Assembly: GCF_001186125.1 (NCBI RefSeq)
Contig: NW_014040011.1
Coordinates: 16,990 to 61,341 of the forward strand
From: Sphaeroforma arctica JP610
Taxonomy: Eukaryota
DNA: 44,352 bases
Direction: 5' to 3'
Position numbers and translations under genes: made by a program. This document shows, piece after piece, positions 37,484 through 44,352 of this stretch. The stretch's first letter is position 1. Each line of letters starts with the position of its first letter. The notes under the pieces were generated by a model. That model was not told where the DNA came from and searched no databases. It saw only the letters and a list, made by a program, of their open reading frames with translations.

Positions 37484-37643
37484 CCCGGCTCGAAATATTT
37501 TTTAGTGTAACTGGTTCAGTGGTAAAACACATACGTTTATAGTTTTATATCTGAATAGGCAACCGGCTCGAAATATTTTTTAGTGTAACTGGTTCAGTGG
37601 TAAAACCCATTCGTTTATAGTTTTACATCTGAATGGGCAAACC
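37484..37643. repeat. 78-bp tandem duplication
   Basis: ccggctcgaaatattttttagtgtaactggttcagtggtaaaac...atctgaat.ggc at 37485 and 37563. Confidence 0.93.
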
Positions 37644-38966
37644 GCCAACCTCAAATTGTGACAAAGTCAGACACGGCAGCTTCAACCGCTGCTTCGAGCC
37701 TACACCCATCCGGCTCTGTGCTATGATTGTGTCGACTACGTACATGTTCACACTGCTCGACTACCGCACCGACGACTGTCTCTGCCATGTCTGCCCCGGT
37801 GGCCACAAATTCACCACCAGCCACTCTGTCTGCATCCAGCAACTGATCCGACGCATCCTGGTAGGCCCGAAACTGCCTCTCATTGGCTCTGACCTCCTTC
37901 AGCAATTACAGGATCGCCACGACGTCCACGGTATCTGGACCCTCCACGAACACCTTGGGTCCTTTCTCCAGCATGTAGAACAACCCCCGTACCCACACCC
38001 GTCTCTGACACATCAACAGATGTTCCACATACCCCGGCTAATCACACTGTTGAAGTACCACTTAAACTTTTTGGCCCAAACCAAGTCACTCGCCTGTTGG
38101 TTCCGGCTATGATATTTCTGATTCAGGCCAGCCAGCACATACCGAGTGCATCCGTGGTCTGGTGCGGCATTGGTTCACCCCCAACCTCGCTCCTCAATCG
38201 AAAAATGACGGATAACCTGGTCCTACTTAACATTTCGTACTCTGCACTAACCCATTCCACGGCACTACACGGTGCAGACCCGATCCGTACCACAGAAGTG
38301 GGTACGCTACTTAGTAGGTCAGCAAGCAAATACGTGGCACACTCGATGGTGTCAGTTTTTTTGTCAGCACCGGCCTGAATTGACCCAGCGCATATCCTCC
38401 ATAGTCGACTCACTTGGTCTAAGCTTCAAACGGGAATTTACTGGCCATTTCTTCCCATCGATCTTCCCCGAACCACTACAATGGCTATGAGAGCCATACC
38501 ATATGTACATACATTGTAACTCATCTCCTCTGAAATGAAGAATATTATCCCTACAAACACCAACGATTAACAACACAAACATTGTGCGAATCCGTAGAAG
38601 GAAAACTTACATCGGGCCACACCTATTGCCCACTCTCCGAGCAGCACTGTTCACGGTTTTCAGACAGATATGGTAATGAATATACCCTCAATGTGTTCTG
38701 TGATGCTGGGATCAGATATAGTCTCCACTCCCTACTTAACAATAATTACCGCACAGACACTAACATAAAACGACTTCTAACGTCGGTCTCACCTACTTGG
38801 AAGCCAAACTCTCTCGCGACTAACAATGCCATGATATTTCACAGTAAATATTCACACACTATATAACTTAAATCGCCATTTCATAGATCACAACACAATA
38901 CTAAGGTGGAGCGTCGCCACAACACACTCAATAACTACGTACATATTCTTCTAAAATATGCTGGTA

Positions 38967-41175
38967 TGTAAGATTCGGTCTCTTAAGGCGATATTAACGT
39001 CTTAGAGTAGTTAAACGTAATAAAGTCGGAGATGGAAACTATGAGTCGGCAATAACTTATTTATTGGACTCATATATAGACATACTCTGACTTTCTTAAA
39101 TGTTCCGTCATAATTGTGTCGATCAACTGCCAATAATGCTAAGTTAACTGGCGTTTGTTGCTAATTGATTTTGATTACCCCATCGAATAACCACTTCTCA
39201 ACTTGTTCTTTAACTACAGCTTCGTGTCTCCAAGAAACATAGTTTCTTGAAGGGCATTTGAGCTTAGTAAAGTTTACCTTGGTTAAGTCAAGGCTGACAT
39301 ATCCATCGTTAAAACGGAATTTTGCCCAATCTGTGATCTTTATCGTCTTATTTACTAGAATCAGATTCATAATTTTGTCCGTAAAGTCAGATATTAACCT
39401 TGACTGTGTCTGACGGGGGCTTATATGGTTTCAGACAGTTATCGTCTGATTGATCCTTTAATGGATCTATGTTATTTGGTAATTCAGTTACGGTTATACC
39501 TAGAGCAAGTAAATCACCCATTCCGACTATTAAGTCGTACTTCTGTGACATCTTAACTATCACTGCTTGGGTGGTGATATTTTTATCATCAGCCAGGGAG
39601 ATTTTAAAATATGTGGCCATGGTATCACACTTAGAAGTTTTGTCATCTGCTAAGATTAGGTGAGTAGTTGAGTTCACCTTCCAATGTCTTCCATCAATGC
39701 AAAGCGATCGGATATACATGAAATTTCTGAACCAGGATCAATCAACGCAAGGAATTTATTTCCATTGCAATATACAGGGATGATTACACGCTCGTCTAAA
39801 GAGTCGTTCTATTTCCTTTGTAACGATTGTACCTGGTAGTACTTTCACTCCAACTTAATGTCGGGCTTTTTGTCACAAGACTTGGCGTGATAGCCATTGG
39901 TCTTCTCACACTTGTCACACTTAGAAAGAAAGTGTGTACAAGTGGGTGCATGTCTGCAATTCCAATAACCGTTAGGGGTCAATTGGTACATATCGTACCC
40001 ACATTTTCCGCACATTTCTTAATTTGCTTATACGGAGATTCCTTTGACTCGGCACGCACCTTCTTAACATGGCGTGCATTCTGAACAGAGTCACGAGGAC
40101 GTGTCTGAGGAGGCTTCTCATTGGAAGTCTGCCGAGATACGTACCCTTGGTCAATCTGGTCACGCGGGTTTTTAACAACCACCTTCTCTCTCGAGGTCAC
40201 GTTCTGCTTAAGTGCAGCTAACTGATTCTTGAGTTCAGTATTTTCTTCGGTCAACTTACTTATACGAGTTGGTTCCATCGATTTTGATTCTAATTTGGGC
40301 TGGCTCTTTGAACTTTCCTCTTCTTCATCGTCCTCGGTGGTTCTTTTTCACCTTGGGATTCGTTATTCTCCTCCGTAACTGAGAGATCATCCTTCTGAGT
40401 AATCTCATTAGGGTTGTTTGAGGTAGTCTTAAACGCTCCCCTTGCTTCACTTCGTGGCTTCGTAAATGTAAGCTTAGAAGAAGAAGCAATAGTTGGCCCT
40501 CAGGCTCTATATTCGGGGGACTTCTCTCTTAATGGAGTAGTCTCTCTCTTGTCGGTTGCATTGTTCTGACTGTTAACGCCAGAGACAATAGCTTTGCCTA
40601 CGGTGCGGTTAAACGCATCGGCAGCTGCGGCAGACGCAGCAGCGGCTGCAGCAGTGGCATCGTCTTTATCCATATTCTTCTTTTCAGCCTTTTGCTTCTT
40701 AGAAGGGGTGTGGTCTTTCTTGGTCATAATATTAACTTATGACTCTAAGCTATTCTCTTAAGGAATGACTAATCTTTCTTGGTCATAACCTTAACCTATA
40801 TGACTACAAGCTATTCTCTTAAGGAATCACTGGTCTTTCTTGAACAAGAAAAAAATTATGGTAGTTAATTGCCACTACGGTTAAGCAGTCTAAGTAATTA
40901 ATACTTTTAATAACTTTAAAATGTGTAAGATTCGGTCTCTTAAGGCAATATTAACGTCTTAGAGTAGTTAAACGTAATAAAGTCTTCTAAAGCTCAAATG
41001 AAATTAAAGCAAAATAAACGTAATTAGTCTTTTAGTAAAGTTAGGTTTGCCTGGTGAAAACAGCAATACTCTGAGGGATTGTGAGGCTGAGACATTGCCT
41101 ATATATAATCCTCTCAGTACTGTTTTCGCCGAAGGGATTTTACTTAATGTTTCCTTGTCGCTCTATTAGAAATTA
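38967..41175 (-). mobile_element. Internally deleted Ty3/gypsy element 'B' (same family as A): 5' LTR 40924-~41175, partial gag, protease, RT N-terminus, last 61 bp of 3' LTR
   Basis: 61-bp direct repeat TGTAAGATTCGG...AATAAAGTC at 38967-39027 and 40924-40984 (1 mismatch). Candidate TSD TGGTA at 38962-38966 and 41176-41180. Gag MTKKDHTP...DKDDATAAAA, PRDQIDQGYVSRQTS; protease FLALIDPGSEISCISDRFA and YDLIVGMGDL; RT DGYVSLDLTKV..EQVEKWLFDGVI..KVRVCLYMSPINKLLP. Gag, protease and RT start align with element A. Confidence 0.88.
40713..40842. repeat. ~60-bp tandem duplication covering the gag start codon of element B
   Basis: tctttcttggtcataa...atgact..aagctattctcttaaggaat occurs twice, plus a partial third gtctttcttg. 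Confidence 0.88.
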
Positions 41176-44091
41176 TGGTATGTTTCGTTGGGGCGAAGCC
41201 GAAAGACTCATAAAATCCTATCTTTAGAAAAAGAAAAGAAAAAAAAAGGAAAAAAACTCTTGATGTCCTTAGTTATTGCGTTAACCAAAAACTGGCCACT
41301 TATCAAGAATTACCGACTTAGCCTTCATCAAACTGGCACATCTGGTTGGCTGAACGGATGATAAACTAAGCAACGCTATTAGTCCTTAGAAACCTATGTT
41401 CGGTTGAGCCATCTCGCTACCGAAGTATTCAGATAGAAATAGATTTAGAAAGTAAATATAGTTCTATTAATAGAACTAGACCAAATCTTATGTCTGGTAT
41501 TTTACTGGGGCCTTTTAATGGCCTTGCCCAAATATCTGATATGTAAAATGGAAAAGGTATTAATTAATAAAACCGTTAAAAACCATTTAGGAAACTTAAG
41601 TTCCTCGTACTATTAAAAGTAAGTTTATAGTTTATGTACTGTTTAAGAGTACGTTTATAACATAGAGTCTAATGTGGAGACCTTGCTATTACAGGTATGC
41701 CTAAACCTTGCTGAGACGACGCCTTCCTGTACATCTGTGACGTCCGGAACCATTGTTTTTACGATTTGGTTGTCTTGTGGGGTTGAAACTTCGTGGGGAC
41801 CGTGTCAAAGGCCATCACAAGCTTCATCCTCATGGTGTCTGGGGTCCTTCTCGGCCACACGCAGAACAGCTCTTCTCCTGGCTCGTATTTTATTTGAACA
41901 CTCGACACGTATATAGACTCAAATTATTTATACTGAAGATATGCGCTTTATTGCCGATAGAAACGTGCAATGGTTAGCAGGTAGCAAGATCGACACCCTC
42001 TCTGTGTTGTGTGCCATCACGAGCTGCTATGATTTCCTTGTTGACTCACTGCGTGTACTTCTACCGCCCCTGAAACTACCAATATATCATTTATTAATCC
42101 CAACCTCTCCCCGATTGGCCAATTTAACCCAATACACCGATGTGATGCTATTGCACAACTCCTAAACCAGTCGACACTGCCTTTTCTCTTTCATCCAATT
42201 ATTTCCGGATGAGCCATTACTAGCCACACTTCCTTCCTTTCTCTCTTAGGTCTTCCAGCGAGACATCCCGGACAAAACCCTACATTATCCTTCTTTTTTT
42301 CTTCTTCTTCCAATTCCAGACCAACGTCAGGTTACCCCTTCTACACCATCTACTCACCAAGCCACCCCAGGACCACCCCACTGGACAACAGCACCCCAGC
42401 TTATTCAATAAAATCCTCCCGCTCCCCTATCACCACGTCATTTTTCGCATCCTTCACAATACTTATGCTCTTCACTCCAACTCCACAAGCTATTCCCCAA
42501 TGCATGCAACAGCACCCTGTGTATGTAAGCTGTACCGACTAGAACAAACCCAGTACATTCTGAGCCACCATTTCTTACAGTGCCTGGCCAATTGAGGTCC
42601 GTCCTAAGAAGTTTACCCCCAGCCCCACCACTTCTTAAGTGCTCTTAAGGAAGCCAATAAGAACAGATCTGACGCTGGACCCGAAACAACACGCTATTAC
42701 AAAATGTCTCGTTTAGAACGGGATGTAGCCTCCACCAGAAATATGTGTACAGACCCAGTCTTCACATCTCGATCGGAGTCTGCTGTCATCACAACATGTC
42801 TCTGGATCTGATCTTCCGTACACAATACTTTACTATGAGCAATACACAACCATGTAAGATACCCGATTCACGAATCTATGCATTCACTTAAAAGCATCAC
42901 ACTCCGACGGTATAGACCTTGTTTTACGGCGTCTAGCGGAACTTTGTGTATTCCGCCTGAACGCTAGAAAAATCCGCGGGGAACAAGCTCTCAATTCTTT
43001 CTATTCTCTATTATATTCTCATTTACACTGGTTCTATGTTTTTAATAATAAATCCGAAACAGTCTCCACTCTCTATCTATTTTTATTTACACTGGTTCTT
43101 TCTTAGTAAATCCAAAACAGTCGCCCTTTACTGCCTCATAACCAGCGACATCGACTTTCGTGTGCTGATGTACACATCACTTATAACTGCCCTGCAGATT
43201 ATAAAAATAAATATACAACTGCATATTATTCACCCCACTCTTACTTCAGTTCTCACCAGTACAGCGACGACATTTCATTGGATTCAAATCATAAATAACA
43301 TCATAGTGCCCACAGTAGACATCACTACTAGTCGAAATCCGATAGTTGTTGGAATCTATTCGTAGCCCATTTCATTTGTCTTCCAAAATGCGATACTTCT
43401 CGCAATAATCCCTGAAAGATTTATACCGGCTGTCGAGTTTTCATGCCTTTTCCGGCTGATTCACTCGCCCTTTATAGGAATAAATATTGATGAAAAAATA
43501 GGTCCCTTTACCACTTACCACTGATACCAGTGCACAGTAAATATGGGTGGCCAAATAGTATACTTATATATATTTACTGTATTTACAGTGTACAGTTGTA
43601 AATACACTGTATTATACGCAGCAAAATATCTATATATTACGGATACCTTCGAATAAAAAAAAACATATTTGTATATTTTTCTCTTTATTTATATATATTT
43701 ATTATTATCAGGAGGCTATGATATTCTGTAGAAAATTTGGCGGGTCCCGGTATAAATATTTCATGTCACGGTTTGGCTTTTATATCAGCGGTCATAAAAA
43801 TGATAAAAAAATGTAAATAAAAAATAAATAAAAATAGAGGAGAAAATATTTACAACCCTCTCCTCTCTATGTAAATAAACAACAAAATTCATTGAACAGG
43901 GTGCATATCACTACACAGCCACCACTTCTTAATTCGTTAAGCCTACTTTCTGATTCGTGATGTCGCTCTCTTTTTTGGTAGGTGCAGTTGTTAACTGTCC
44001 CGTTTGCTATGAACACGCTAATCGACTGAGGTTTTTAATGATAACTCTAAAAATAGTAATCTGTAAAGTATCATGAATGCATTCGTGACTG

Positions 44092-44267
44092 TATATACAT
44101 ACATACATACATACATACATACATACATACATACATAAATACATACATACATACATACATACATACATACATACATACATCCATACTTACATACATACAT
44201 CCATACTTACATACATACATACGTACGTACGTACGTACGTACATATATACATACATACATACATATA

Positions 44268-44301
<34 letters not shown>

Positions 44302-44352
44302 CATACATACATACATATATACATACATACATACATACATACATACATACAA
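44092..44352. repeat. (CATA)n microsatellite with CGTA variants
   Basis: Direct reading. Confidence 0.97.

Larger units (their letters stand above)
37640..43450 (-). pseudogene. Probable very decayed non-LTR (LINE) ORF2 relic, interrupted by element B and an AT-rich block
   Basis: Minus-strand fragments fall in LINE order: NNYR.. (~43340), AFRRNT (~42950), DAFK...VNRV (~42870), FVLVG...LLHAL..W (~42500), GVLLSS (~42390), YFRRI (~38950), IFRLRS (~38200) and C..VEHLLMC (~38020, resembling the C-terminal zinc finger). No intact YADD is present. Confidence 0.38.

Noticed and set aside
41053..41130. LTR hairpin as a hammerhead/HDV ribozyme or SECIS element
   Set aside because: No CUGAUGA/GAAA three-way core, nested pseudoknot or AUGA/GA quartet is conserved in both copies.
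41181..41670. AT-rich block starting TGT right after element B, as another LTR
   Set aside because: No matching terminus, TSD or second copy in the window.

Overview
Eukaryotic, intron-rich genomic DNA (GT-AG introns, TA/CATA microsatellites, one N-gap at 5034-5620). The taxon cannot be fixed from sequence, but the proteins look opisthokont. The left 17 kb holds two divergent housekeeping genes that I rebuilt exon by exon with consistent splice phases. One is mitochondrial trans-2-enoyl-CoA/ACP reductase MECR (minus strand, 10 exons from 9539 to 911, last exon not found in the window). The other is kynureninase KYNU (plus strand, 11 exons, 11927-16985, 456 aa). Their ~2.4-kb spacer carries a 156-170 bp tandem repeat and a degenerate foldback element. 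The right ~26 kb is a nested graveyard of decayed retroelements: two related minus-strand Ty3/gypsy relics (A, ~18.5-22.96 kb; B, 38967-41175), a plus-strand gypsy relic with a chromodomain-like end, a Ty1/copia relic, solo LTRs and a probable LINE relic. The most notable feature is a minus-strand Ty3/gypsy-type relic (gag, aspartic protease, RT, RNase H; ~25.4-29.7 kb) whose pol runs in frame into a Dam-like N6-adenine DNA methyltransferase domain, cargo classically known from DIRS elements. Second, the LTRs of elements A and B share a hairpin with compensatory base changes and lack a tRNA-type primer-binding site, hinting at Tf1-like self-priming. All domain calls come from motif recognition by eye; no searches were run.
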